DNA of 64,000 nt from Octopus sinensis. Its lineage: Eukaryota. Position 1 is the stretch's first letter. Every line of letters begins with the position of its first letter. Shown one piece after another: positions 1 to 13,900 of this stretch. The position numbers were made by a program, and so were the translations under genes. The stretch spans positions 40,238,001 to 40,302,000 of the forward strand of contig NC_043008.1 in NCBI RefSeq assembly GCF_006345805.1, written 5' to 3'. The notes under the pieces are model-generated. The model saw only the letters and a program-made list of their open reading frames with translations. It was not told the DNA's origin and made no database searches.

Positions 1-175
1 ACATATATATATATACATATATATATATACATAAAATATAATATATCTGTATATATATATATATATATATTATATAATATCTACATACATACTTACATAC
101 ATATTTACATCGATAGATAGATTAATATATACATATATACATACATACATGCATGCATGCATACATACATACCTG
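1..175. repeat. Compound (AT)n/(ATAC)n microsatellite
   Basis: Directly visible; explains ORF 70..285. Confidence 0.95.
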
Positions 176-850
176 TATGAACAAAATGATATGAAGTAGA
201 AAGGTAGGTCTTCAGAGAGACAGAATGGTAGACATGTTATGATAAATAAGTGCTTGCCTCTAGAGAATGTATTTTTGTTGATCAACGTGTGTGTATTCCG
301 CTAACTGAACTACGACATTTTTACGACCACTAACCTTCATAATCACATGACTTACTGAATCTGAATATATATAACTACCAAGGGTCATGTATATGAAAAG
401 TTTAAGCAGTAGATATAATACTTATTTATTTGTAGAATGAAAACTGCTGCTCGGAGAGGTAGATTCGGAAGTGTCTACTCACAAGAGAGTTTCAATATGT
501 AGATGTTAAATCATTGACTCTTTAATTGCCAAATGCTCTAAAACATTGTCTATAACACTCTAAACATTTTATCTTGTATATTGTGTTTTAACCATGTTAT
601 GACCTAAATCATGCATAACTCTATTCACTGTCATTAAACTTTCTGGATATGTTCTAGTATTGAAGTGTATCACCTTTAAACACATATCATTGACATAAAC
701 GAAACTCGAAATCCGAATATCCTCAAAGTATCCTATGGTGTACAGCTAAAATATAGAGTGTGGAATGCATTAGATGTTGATTTTAACTTCGAGGGATTGT
801 GTGTCGATTATTTGGACCGCAATGCTCAATTAATATTTAACTTAACAATT

Positions 851-945
851 CCGAACTGGATGAAAGGCAAAGTCGGCCTCGGTGAATTTCGATGTCAGAA
901 CGTGAGAACGTTTGCCCGGCGAACTAACTATTCTTCAAGCTCACT
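851..945 (-). mobile_element. Diverged SINE family C fragment
   Basis: ggatgaaaggcaaagtcggcctcggtgaattt...cagaacgt...tttgcccggc matches the better copy at 40845-41068. Confidence 0.6.
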
Positions 946-2823
946 GTAAATATTGTGCATAATCAGACATCCGTATTCTCATTAGCCTTGCCTGTTATTT
1001 TAACTACATAAATGAGTATAGTACTCACTGTCATGAAATAATTAAGAAGTGAAAAAGAAATAATGCTGTTACAGTTCATATTATCCACGTCAATTACGGC
1101 TTCTTTTATAAGTTGAACGTATCAAAAGATTATGATATCAGACAATGTAACAATGTAAGATAAACGAGCAAAATATATTCAAGGTATTCATGGAAGAAAA
1201 ATCATAGGTGTTTGAAAAGGCGTAGAAAGGGTTATGTGACATTTAAATGAATTCCAGGACGTCTAGTTCAGTTTAATGAAGACATCCTTCATCCAGAACT
1301 TAAAATGGTTCTTTGCATTACGATTATTATACCAGAAACTGAGTTAAAGACATCGCACGATTAACTGGTGTATTCAACGGTTTAGAAATATGCTTAAATT
1401 TGAAAAAATATTTCAGGAAATTTGACTGAAAATGTCCACGCAGCGGCTTGTAGACATCTTTAGTGCTTTGCATCACACTCTAGTGAGCTCGTATTTAGCA
1501 TCGTTTGAGAGATTAGTGATTGGTAATAGTAATAATAATAAAAAGACTGGTAAATGACGTGGGCAATTACTTAGCGGATGAGATCTGGTTACACCAGACA
1601 GCAGTGGCTATCAAAACTGACTCCACATTCCGCAACAATATTAAAAAGGGGAAGATGTTTCCGTAAACTTGTTTTGCATTGTACGTAAGCCTGCTATCCA
1701 AATCTATTGAGTACAATTTACTTTCCACCTCTTTGCCGATCCTATTCTATCTTCAATTAAGTGATAATACAAAATCCTTTCCCTCAAAATCTATTTTATA
1801 CAACAAGTAATTGTATTCTCTTTTTGGAGACATCTCAGCATTTTGTACAAATTTAAAGTTAAATCGCGTAGATTTCATTCAGTTATCATCACCAACTTGC
1901 TTTTAAGAGCCTGCGAAAGTTAATATACATTGATTGCCTTCGAGAGGCGAAATTCTTTTAATTATAACGCATTAACCAAAGAGATAAATAGGTTATAGAA
2001 TTACTTGGCCACTCTGTTTTTAACGAAACGTTCAAGTCTTTGTTTGATATTAGCGGAGTCTATTACTTGCGAGTTTTTAGGCGACGTCTTTCTCCAGCGT
2101 GAGGATACATTTCACTCTCATTTTCACGAGTCGCGGAGGCATTATAAAGCATCATAGGCATAACATTTTCTCCTAAAAATTAGACGGAATGAATGAGGCT
2201 GAACAGCACGTTATACTTATATTAAAATTAGGTTTAGCAAGTTTCATGTCAGTTTAATGCGACTATCATCAATTATGATTCTTCTACAATATTATGCAGA
2301 TTATACCAATCTAAATAGCTTTAACAGAGATATGAGATTCGTATGAATATATTACATCCATTCAGACATTTAAATTTGGCTTTCAACATTTCTATTGATT
2401 TTTTTAAATGTAAAAATTTTGCAAAAGAAAATTTTTGTAGTCGTAGAATTTTGAAATGACGTTTACGAAGATAAAAATAACTTCTATATTTGAAACCAGA
2501 AACCGGAATCCGGCATCGGCGTTTAATATGTAATAATGTGTTACTTATGATGATAAACTAGGTTTTAAATCATTCTTTTCTGACTGGGGTGAACGATGAC
2601 AGAGAGAAGTGAATCCTGTAATGTATATTCTGTACACCGATTGATCAAGTATTAAATTTTTAATATTACTCTGACGGCATTTTCAAAACAGAAAGTAAAT
2701 TGACGAATGGGGTACTACTCAACACTGCAAAATCATTAAGTTGAAGAATAGCAAAGTAAGACTTCATATTGTCGGTTTTAAAGAATTTATACGTGCGTAT
2801 ATATATATATATATATATATATA

Positions 2824-3037
2824 ACGGGAAGCTTTATGAAAATAAACAAAAGACGAAGGCAGGTGGAAAACAAACGAACAATTGTATTAGTATGGCGCTC
2901 AGGAAATATAAATAAAACCTCTTTACGTTCGAGCCTACGCTCTTCAACAGAAAGATACACAGAGAGAGAAAAACACAGAAAGAAGGAGAGAAAAAAATGC
3001 GTGCAGTAGCTAACGAATCAACATGGCGATCTGGCGA
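2824..3037 (-). mobile_element. Short PLE-like repeat, family P1 (copy 1), with HHR-like motif
   Basis: Homologous to 24177-24363 and 28251-28434; (AT)n on both sides; minus strand reads CUGUUGA-A-GAGC-GUAG-GCUC-GAAC-GUA. PLE assignment is an inference from the motif. Confidence 0.7.
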
Positions 3038-3518
3038 TATATATATATATATATATATATATCATGGCGATATATTATATATATATATATATATATATTA
3101 TAATATATATATATATATATACACATATATATTTATATAGGAGTGAGTCAGTGTGTGTGTGTGTGTTTGTATATGCGTGTCTGTGTACATGCACACATAC
3201 CAATTATATGGCTTTGAAGACATATGAACTGATAGTTTACGAGAGGTATGCCAGCTGACAGACATATACACTGTTCTTTAGTATTACTGAACAATAGCGA
3301 TTCATCAAGTGAATTCATAGCAACTTGCATCGTGCCAAACTGCAGATATATGTTGTTAACCAATAGTAGTGCTTGCATCAAATGAGTTAGATCTCTATGT
3401 AAAGTCTCGCCGTGGGTGATTTCAACGAAATTTCAGTTTTTCATTTCCATCATTTTAGTCTGGAACCCGTTTAATACCAACAAGCAACACGTCAATTTAC
3501 GGTTATGCGGTGGATTTG

Positions 3519-3550
<32 letters not shown>

Positions 3551-3557
<7 letters not shown>

Positions 3558-3832
3558 ATCACGTGACCGACCAGACCATCAGATGTTTTTACACATCGCT
3601 GGTCACAATGCGTTCGCATCGTTTTAGCCTTCGAATGACGGCACCCCGCTGGCTAAGCGAGCAGGCCAACAGAAGAAAGAGTGGGAGAAAGAGTGGTGAA
3701 AGAGTACAGCAGGGATCACCCCCCCCCCTGCCGGAGCATCGTGGAGCTTTTAGGTGTTTCGCTCAATAAACACTCACAACGCCCGGTCTGGGAATCGAAA
3801 CCGGGCCCTAACCACTAGGCCATTGCGCCTCC
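3551..3832 (-). mobile_element. tRNA-headed SINE family B
   Basis: Minus-strand head ggaggcgcaatggcctagtggttagg...gtttcgattcccagaccggg has A/B-box-like motifs; body shared with 4427-4727 and 11821-12074; sits inside (AT)n. Confidence 0.85.
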
Positions 3833-3873
<41 letters not shown>

Positions 3874-3876
3874 CGT

Positions 3877-3912
<36 letters not shown>

Positions 3913-4281
3913 AGGCATGCAGGAAGTGAATTGAGGCATTTAATCCTTTAATTTTCAAAAGCTTTATTTAATACGCAAATTGAATAATTGAAATGTAATC
4001 GACATGTAGTACTATATACTTTAGTATTTAGTTGACATTCCCTTTACAGTTTTTAAATTCAGATTACCCAACAATACGACCTCTTTGGAAATCTGGCAGT
4101 TCAGCTGAATATTTTGTGCGTGGCATGGTTACTCTTCGCAAATGTTTAATATAATGGTACCTGGAATGGAAAATAATTATTACATGGAAATTATACACCA
4201 CTGAAAAGATATTAAGAGGCTTACATCACAAATTTTGAAAAATAAATGTGTCTATTTACTTCCTGCACGTCTGTGCATATA

Positions 4282-4371
4282 CTTTTTCACTTCCTGACCG
4301 TTAAACTAATACATCTTTTTGTTGCCTACACCACCTGCTTTCGTCTTTTGTTTTCTTTTCGTGAATGTTCC

Positions 4372-4373
<2 letters not shown>
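4282..4373 (+). mobile_element. Partial family P1 copy, opposite orientation to the other P1 copies
   Basis: ctaatacatc...ccacctgctttcgtcttttg is the reverse complement of P1 caaaagacgaaggcaggtgg...gtattag; lacks the HHR-like part. Confidence 0.7.
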
Positions 4374-4426
<53 letters not shown>

Positions 4427-4430
<4 letters not shown>

Positions 4431-4727
4431 CGTGATCACCGTGATCGACCAGGCTATCAGATGTTGCTACACATGCGCTTTGCATTGTTTTAGCTTCCTT
4501 CAAATGACGCCACCCCGCTGGCTAATCGAGCAGGCCAACAGAAGAAAGAGTGAGAGAAAGTTGCGGTGAAAGAGTACAGCAGGGATTGACACCACCCACT
4601 GCCGGAGACTCGTGGAGCTTTTAGGTGTTTCCGCGCAATAAACACTCACAACGCCCGGTCTTGTAATCGAAATCGCGATGCTACGACCGCGAGTCTGCTG
4701 CGCTAACCACTGGGCCATTACGCCTCC
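4427..4727 (-). mobile_element. tRNA-headed SINE family B, near full length
   Basis: Head ggaggcgtaatggcccagtggttagcgcagcagactcgcggtcgtagcatcgcgatttcgattac; homologous to 3551-3832. Confidence 0.85.
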
Positions 4728-5486
4728 ACACACACATTTCTTTATATGTTTGTCTGTCTGTCAGTCTCTGTCTCTCTCTCTCTCTCTCTCCGCAAACACA
4801 CACACACACATATAAATACATGTACGAATTCTTGATCCTTACAGCGTGCATGCCGCATTTCCTCACCAGTTTGCCTATATCATGTATCAAGCTATTTCAT
4901 CGACGTCACTTAGGAAGCCACAGCGTTTCATCACCTTTCAAAGACGATGCCATCTTTCGTAAAGATCAGATTATAGATATAACAAAATAGCATTTCCCTA
5001 TATTGCTGATGCTCTGAAGGATTTTCTTAATGGCAGGTACATCAGACAACCATATGCCTGCGTGTCAAACATATTATTTATTCGAAACATATCATATTTA
5101 CAGGAGAAAAATGATGAGAAGATTCAGAAACGAGAAAATAAAAAGGAGCATATAAGTTCTGATATATAAGATAAAATTTCTTTCTTTAAATTATTTTGTT
5201 GTAAAGTCTTCAGAGAAAGGATTTCTAGATAAAATCTGAAATATGATTTTTTTTTTATTCCTTCACCTACATTTTGTGGAGATGATTTAAATCAGGAGTC
5301 ATGATATCATAAACGCACCCATTTGTTACCAAACTCGCGAAAAAAACACCTTCGCACACACAAGCTACACTTGCGAAATTTCCACGAGTTATGCTAGCAA
5401 AAAAACTGATAACTCTAGTTGTTTGTTATTCTTTGACGGTGGAGACGATGTGAACGAATGTCAAATTGTGAGGTAGGTACATGAGA

Positions 5487-5538
<52 letters not shown>

Positions 5539-6883
5539 AAGAAAGAAAGAAAGGAAGAAAGACAGAAAGAGAGATGGAGACAGAAGTAATGCAGGAACGT
5601 GAGATGTATTTTGTTTGAAGTTTTAGATAAGGTGGTGTCGGTTGTAGACAGAAGAGGATAACATGATACACATGCAGAATCATACATACTCGCACACATA
5701 CGCATTATTATATGGATGTATATATACACACATACATTGAGAAATATAAGCGTTTGTTGTGGAGATGAATTTGGAAGGTTCTTGAATTTTGAAGCTGATG
5801 TACTGGAAATAGTCGGGAAATAGTGTAGCGCAAATGGAAATAGTCGGAAGGCGTCGGTAAGCAATATTTTTAGTTTTGTATGCTGAGGTTTAAAAACATA
5901 TCATTTTAATGTTAAAATAGCCATCGGCCAATCATACTTACATTAAATACATCATTCAATGTAGAATTTACTGTTATATTCATGGGAGATAATTAACAAC
6001 AGTATTTAAAACGAAATATATATCGTAGGAGACGAAATTTAATCCTAGTAGCTACTGGCAAATGTCACCCAATGTACTCCTGCTTCGTTGGCCTTCGTTG
6101 TGGATATACTCTTTCCAGACGAACAACGCAGTATAATTGCATTCTAACAGCGCATTTACTCGAACAATGATACCTAAATGGCTATTTTCATTTAATATTA
6201 CATCTCTTGGATATAATTAATTTATTCAGCCGGGTGGCTGTTTACAATAACAGTGGATAATTTTCGCTAATTTCCAAAGAACTGCTGAGGAAAAATCTAC
6301 TTGACGCATACGGTTCACTATGAGGACAGGACATTGAAGAAGCGCGTTGAGGCGGAATTACATCTTGTGATCTCGTCCGATGCCTTTGGTATGATATACA
6401 ACATCTTCCGATATAATGCTTTGTACACTATACGTCCAGAATTGGTATTATCTCTGTCTAATAGCACTGTAAATTAGACTTTCAATGATGTAGTATCTGC
6501 ATTAAGTACGATATTTTGATTACTATTTGAACTTTATATTTCTTCTGCATGTATCCGCCATTTCCAGTTGAGTGGCCATTCAAAAATTCAATAAATATTT
6601 TAAAGACTTTTTCTCTCTACCACAGGAGAGAGGTTTCGACTATGCACACGGTTGGCTGTGAATAGACGCCAATGGGAAAGTCTAAGTTTAAAATTCTTGC
6701 TAACTTCTGCTTGGACGATTCTTGTGTTCGTGTCTGTTTATATGAGATGTCTTCTGCAGACGACTTCCGCAGTTGTAAATTTGAAAATTTGATTTTTACC
6801 GATGGATTTATATTGAGTACGATACGAAGTCGTTGTTTTGAATTACTTTTATTAGATACAATACACACACACACGCACACACG

Positions 6884-6918
<35 letters not shown>

Positions 6919-7036
6919 TTGCGCATGTGCTCCTGCACGCGTGTACATAAGTATGTGCTTTTGTGTATGTTTGAGCGTGCCTGGGTTTTGTATTTGCAGT
7001 TATACACAATCACACGCATATGCACCCACATCTTCG

Positions 7037-7071
<35 letters not shown>

Positions 7072-7697
7072 TTATATATATATATATATTATATATACAT
7101 ACACATACATATATATATGAGTAATATATATATATATATATACATACATAGATTATATATATATATGAGTAATATATATATATATATATATATATAGTAT
7201 TCTTTTTATACGCATGCATTAAAGTGTCTTACTAGGCGTATGGTTATGTGTGTGTGTGTTGTGTGTATGTGTATGTGTGTGCATGTGTATGTGTGTGTAT
7301 GTGTATGTGTGTGTATGTGTATGTGTATGTGTGTGTATGTGTATGTGTATGTCTGTAAGAGTACACGCACTTAGATAAGGATAAGTTGGCTTGATATATC
7401 TATTATACTTGTAGCAACATTTCATGCTAAATCTACTATCGTCTCTTAACGAGAAAACGGATTGTCATATCAAGAAACCGCGAGGGCCAGAATCTACGTA
7501 CACTGAGGAAAGCAGATATATTTACTAACATTGTAGCAAATAAATTGTATTTGACTACTTAAGTATATCACCCCAAAGAATTCAAAAATATTACAAATAT
7601 TTCGAAAATAAAATGTAAAACCAACGAAAAATATTAATATTCATTCCAGTAATCAATTTAGAATATGTAAATCTAATCCCAACTGTGAATTGAAGAA

Positions 7698-7728
<31 letters not shown>

Positions 7729-7746
7729 GTATATATATAAAATATT

Positions 7747-7895
7747 ATTAGAGACAAAACCACTATTTTGCAAAACAAACAAGGAAAGACTTAATCAATA
7801 CATAAAATTTTAATAAATAGTGAAAAAAACCGCCACTACAATCGTTTCTTGTCTTGATCGACAATCTTCAGGTGGACTTCCAATAATTCAGTTAC
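7747..7895 (-). mobile_element. Short PLE-like terminal repeat, family P2
   Basis: Shares tagaga(c/t)aaaaccactatt with 31880-31900; abuts (AT)n; contains the HHR below. Confidence 0.65.
7833..7875 (-). ncRNA. Minimal type I hammerhead ribozyme motif, canonical core
   Basis: Minus strand: CCAC CUGAAGA UUGUC-GAUCAA-GACAA GAAAC-GAUU-GUA GUGG. Stem I CCAC/GUGG, 5-bp stem II, 2-bp stem III, GUA cleavage triplet. Confidence 0.8.
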
Positions 7896-8006
7896 AAATT
7901 ATATATAGTGTTGTGTGTGTGTGTGTGTGGTGTGTGTGTGGGTGTGTACTCATACACACATGCAAGCACGCACACATTCATATATGTGTACAAATATATA
8001 TATTAG

Positions 8007-8046
<40 letters not shown>

Positions 8047-9852
8047 AAATTATATACATATAATATATATATATATATACAATACATACATACATACATA
8101 CATAACATACATACATACATACATACATACATACTTACGATTACATATATATCTGGCTGTGTGTTTAATTCCACATCATCGTGTGAGCGTATGAGTGTGT
8201 GAATGTAAATATATACTAACTTTCGCCGTTAGAAATATAGTGAAGGAGGGACTGAACTGCTCGAATCCTAGTTCCGAAATGTCGATGTAAGCTAAACGTA
8301 TTCAAATAGATATCTCAGGTTCCACCATCAGACGAACGCTTAACATATATATAGGCTTGCAGCACTTAGTATAGTTTGTATATATGTGATAACGATTTAG
8401 CGATACAGAAATTTCTCGTAGTAGGATGTGAGTTCTATCATTGCTGACAAACATATATACACCGTAGCATGATTCAGGTATATTCCATTAATAAATGGAT
8501 ATTTTAGATTGAAATGACCAACATATGTGAGGTTGCATGCTAGGCACATCTAGGTAGCCGCATACGCCCCATAAATTATATTTGAGCTTAATATACGTAC
8601 ACAATTCTTGAAGGGGACCAATGTAAGCAGTATTATCACAATTTCTACTGCACTGGGAATACAAGGTGTTTTATAAAATTATGACGTAAGGTATTTCACT
8701 CCAAGCCTGGCATATATGTTCATTTATAGGTTCATGATTTAAGTCTTAGACATTTGGTGAAATACTTTGATGAACGAATGAACGTCAGTAGCTTAGATTT
8801 AATCTAAAAGTTGGAAAAACGAGAAAAAAATAACTTATGAATATTGTGTGGCACATATGTATCGAATGTATTTTTACATACTTTCTTCTCCTGAAAATAT
8901 GATGCATTCAGGATCAATAATATTATGTTGGACACTAAGGAATATTTTTTTCTTTTATGCATATGTATTTTGTCAGCTGTTCCTGTCATCAGGAGAATCC
9001 TATATCCTATCATCTGTATTGGGAGTAGTTTTAATCTTTATATCTATCAAAAGCACTTATCGTAATATGGCATCGGCTTCTAAAGGTGAGGAAACTGCTG
9101 TGGTTTTTCGAGGTAACATCGATGAAAGTAACCTGATATATATAATGGAGAAAATGGTGTGAAAACACAATCATTCACATAGTGACACTTAAGCGAATTC
9201 ATACATATCTTCAAATATGTATATATTCATACACACACACACAGACCCACGCACAGACATATATATATATATAAACGCACATATACATACGTACATGTCT
9301 ATGGATATTCAACTGCATGGTTGCACGGGCTATGTGTATGGCTTTACAAGCGAATATGTATTCTCAAGAAGATACTGAGGCTAAATAGATACAAAGTGAA
9401 ACACTTTTATATAAGTAGACATGTTGAAATATGAAAATATGTAGCATCAATACCTGTTATACACAGCTGAATGTATTTCCCATCTAAAAAAGATAGCAAA
9501 TGGAAGGACTAATAAGTTTAAACTAAAACGTAATAAACATTAAATATATAAGTAAATAAAAATTTGTAAATTTATTATTAAACTGATTCTTCAATGAAAC
9601 TAATTCTGTGTATAATAAAGCAAATAGTAACTACTTGTCGTCAGAATAGAAGTCAGAGTTTCGAATATCGGAGTTAAAAGCATCGATGCATTTTCATCGA
9701 CTATTCGGTTACCTTAATAGGTATGAAAAAAATATATAATAGTTATAAAATATAAAAAATATAATAAATACGCGTAACCACATTCTCACAATAGATAGAA
9801 ACCTTCTGCGTTTGTAAAATCTGCATACGTATACACTATGTATGGATGTATG

Positions 9853-9904
<52 letters not shown>

Positions 9905-9907
<3 letters not shown>

Positions 9908-11693
9908 TATATATAGAGGGCATAATTATACATACATGCCAGGAGGCATTATTATACATGCCAAACGCTAAGAGGGACAATCAGTCATTTCTACCAAAAA
10001 TATTACTAATCCCACCGAATGCAATTTTTCAAAGTAAGACATTTAAAAATATAGGCCTGTATCACAGTGATTTCATACTTACGTAATCATCAGCAGGCCT
10101 GAATGTATTATAAATAAACAACGACCCTGCCTCGCTTGAGCCGACAGCTAACTGATCACATCAACGAAGCACATGGGTTAGTTATATATATTACATCCGG
10201 GTGAATGGCAGACTTTTACAAAATTGCATTTCGGGAGAGAGGAAAGTTTTTTCGGAATAAAAATTTGCAATTAAGGACAACTACTTAATAAGGAAAACTT
10301 AACAAGAAATTGTCAGGTAGATAGCGTAAAAACCTCATAAGAGAAAAAAATTTCGAAATAATTATTTCTTATTGAACATATTAATTTATATATAGAGGCA
10401 TAATTATACATACATGCCAGGAGGCATTATATATACATGCCAAAAACGCTAAGAGGGACAATCAGTCATTTCTACCAAAAATATTACTAATCCCACCGAA
10501 TGCAATTTTTTCAAGTAAGACATTTAAAAATATAGGCCGTATCACAGTGATTTCATACTTACGTAATCATCAGCAGGCCTGAATGTATTATAAATAAACA
10601 ACGACCCTGCCTCGCTTAAGCCGAACAGCTAACTGATCAACATCAACGAAGCACATGGGTGAGTTTATATATATTACATCCGGGTGAATGGCAGACTTTA
10701 CAAAATTGCATTCGGGAGAGGAAAAGTTTTTTCGGAATAAAAATTTTGCAATTAAGACAACTACTTAATAAGGAAAACTTAACAAGAAATTGTCAGGTAG
10801 ATAGCGTAAAAACCTCATAAGAGAAAAAAATTTCGAAAATAATTATTTCTTATTGAACCATATTAATTTATATATAGAGGGCATAATTATACATACATGC
10901 AGGAGGCATTATATATACATGCCAAACGCTAAGAGGGACAATCAGTCATTTCTACCAAAAATATTACTAATCCACCGAATGCATTTTTCAAAGTAAGACA
11001 TTTAAAAATATGGCCTGTATCACAGTGATTTCATACTTACGTAATCATCAGCAGCCTGAATGTATAATAAAAACAACGACCCTGCCTCGCTAAGCCGAAC
11101 AGCTAACTGATCAACATCAACGAAGCACATGGGTGAGTTTATATATATTACATCTCGGGTGAATGGCAGAACTTTACAAAAATTGCATTTCGGGAGAGGA
11201 AAAGGTTTTTTCGGAAATAAAAATTTTTGCAATTAAGGACAAACTACTTAATAAGGAAACTTAACAAGAAAATTGTCAGGTAGATAGCGTAAAAACCTCC
11301 TAGAGAAAAAAAATTTCGAAAATAATTATTTCTTATTGAACATATTAATTTATAATAGAGGGCATAATTATACCATACATGCCAGGAGGCATTATATATA
11401 CATGCCAAACGCTAAGAGGGACAATCAGTCATTTCTACCAAAAAATTACTAATCCCACCGAATGCAATTTTCAAAGTAAGACATTTAAAAATATAGGCCT
11501 GTATCACAGTGATTTCATACTTACGTAATCATCAGCAGGCCTGAATGTATTATAAATAAACAACGACCCTGCCTCGCTTAAGCCGAACAGCTAACTGATC
11601 AACATCACGAAGCACAGGGTGAGTTAATATATATTACATCCGGGTGAATGCAGACTTTTACAAAATTGCATTTCGGGAGAGGAAAAGTTTTTT
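9905..11693. repeat. Tandem array of a complex ~480-bp unit, about 3.7 copies
   Basis: Units start near 9905, 10383, 10865 and 11347 (aatt..tatagagggcataattatacatacatgccagg); the last is truncated; (AT)n at both ends. Confidence 0.95.
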
Positions 11694-11820
11694 ATATATA
11701 TATATATAGATATATATATATATAATATATAGATATATATATAATAAGCACATACACACAATTTTACATGCTTATATACACATCTCTATACACACATTCG
11801 CATATATATATATATATATA

Positions 11821-12074
11821 TCACGTGATCACGTGACCGACCAGACCAGCAGATGTTACACATCGCTGGTCAGAATGCGTTCGCATTGTTTTAGCCTTTG
11901 AATGATGCCACCCCGCTGGCTAAGCGAGCAGGCCAACAGAAGAAAGAGTGGTGAAAGAGTACAGCAGGGATCACCACCCCCTGCCGGAGCGTCGTGGAGC
12001 TTTTAGGTGTTTTCGCTCAATAAACACTCACAACGGCCGGTCTGGGAATCGACACCGCGATCCTACGACCGCGA
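11821..12074 (-). mobile_element. SINE family B, head partly missing
   Basis: Same body as 3551-3832; (AT)n on both sides. Confidence 0.85.
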
Positions 12075-12561
12075 CATGTATATATATATATATAATATAT
12101 ATATATATATATAATATATATACATGTATATGCATATGTATGTATAAATACACACATACATGCGTAAACATATACGCAACCGTATCATCACACAGATATA
12201 TGCCTACATTTATATTAGGCATTTACACAAATAAATATACCCTTACCCAAACGTAAACATACGCATATTTGCACACTCGCAAAGTTGAATATTTACACTC
12301 GCCGCATACATGAATATACATATATGTACAGATATCTAGAGGTACGCACACACACATACACACACGCACATATACATATACACCCTCCTATCTATCAGCA
12401 TACCTACAACCGCAGATATACAAGCGTATGTACACACATAACACATAAAGAAAGGAGACATGTATATGACAGTCGCCCTCATGCACCGGATACAGTCTTA
12501 CACCCATATGCACACATATACGCGCACACATATATAAACATGCTCACACATACGCATTTAA

Positions 12562-12984
12562 TACTCTTTACTCTCTTTTACTCTTTTACTTGTTTCAGTC
12601 ATTTGACTGCGGCCATGCTGGAGCACCGCCTTTAGTCGAGCAAATCGACCCCGGGACTTATACTTTGTAAGCCCAGTACTTATTCTATCGTTCTCTTTTG
12701 CAGAACCGATAAGTGACGGGGACGTAAACACACCAGCATCGGTTGTCAAGCAATGCTAGGGGGACAAACACAGACAAAGAAACACACACACACACACACA
12801 AATATATATATATATATATATAATATATATACCTATATACGACAGGCTTCTTTCAGTTTCCGTCTACCAATTCCACTCACAAGGCATGGTCGGCCCGGGC
12901 TATAGCAGAAGACACTTGCCCAAGATGCCACGCAGTGGGACTGAACCCGGAACCATGTGGTTGGTAAGAAAGCTACTTACCACA
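12562..12984 (-). mobile_element. SINE family A (tRNA-like head, internal microsatellite, (gtaaaaga)n tail)
   Basis: Reverse complement of 35658-36052 over nearly its full length. Confidence 0.9.
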
Positions 12985-13601
12985 TATACTTATGTATACA
13001 TATACTCTCACGCGTATACAATCACACGATTAAAAATGGAAAAAATTGAAAAAAATATATATATATACATATATATATATAATATATATATATATTATAT
13101 ATAACATGAAATATTGTACAGGGACTTGTACAGGGACATAATAAAAAGAAAACTAGGTTCTATCCGTGATCTTGGAGGGCCCAAAACCGTAACAAGAAGG
13201 TTTCTATCTATTGTGAGAATATGGCTGCGTGTATTTTTTAATACATTCTTTTATTTTTTATATTCTATTTCTTTCATACTTTTCATTAACTTACAGCCGA
13301 TTCGGCCATATGCTTGAGTATCACTAAAGAACTTCTTCGATGGTTGAAATATTACCTAAATGGGTCTGAAATATTCGTATTTTAATGTCACTCTTGGCAT
13401 TACATTTAATGTTGTTTGAATCTATTGGGCTATATATATATAGGAGGTAATAAGAGGTAATGGTGCAAGTGAGACCCAAATGTGTCAGGTAATACTGTAT
13501 AAGTGCAATGAATTGAACATAATTAAATTCCAGCTTCGGTGCCTATGCGAATAAGTGGGCCAACTTAGGTCATATGTCAGCGTATATAAAAAGAATCTTC
13601 A

Positions 13602-13727
13602 TAATGAGAGATAAAAGAGACAAAGAGTGTTTAGATTTTAGAACATATATAAATAAGAACTTCCATAAGAAGTTCTATTTATAAAAGTTCTAAAATCTAC
13701 ACAGCCTTTGTTTTTTTTATCTCATTA
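13602..13727. repeat. Imperfect inverted repeat, ~58-bp arms, short loop
   Basis: taatgagagataaaagagacaaagagtgtttagattttagaac... pairs with ...gttctaaaatctacacagcctttgttttttttatctcatta. Confidence 0.85.
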
Positions 13728-13900
13728 CGAAAAAAATTATATATAATATATATAGACAAAACATCGAAACACGAAGGATTGAAATAAGATGTCACTACTG
13801 TTAATATCATCTATGGATAAAATTTTAAATTACTGGTATGAACATAGGTGGTTCACAGGCATATAGCACTATTAAGCTATAATATTCTCTTTAGCATGAC

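Noticed and set aside
4650-4727. tRNA-like sequences at SINE heads as tRNA genes
   Set aside because: They run directly into SINE bodies and lack a complete cloverleaf.
6626-6795. Strong plus-strand acceptor followed by a ~55-codon open frame
   Set aside because: No good donor and no recognisable homology.
8977-9085. Plus-strand AG...GT segment with a hydrophobic open frame (LFLSSGESYILSSVLGVVLIFISIKSTY...)
   Set aside because: Hydrophobic frames and splice-like sites arise by chance in AT-rich DNA; no supporting neighbours.
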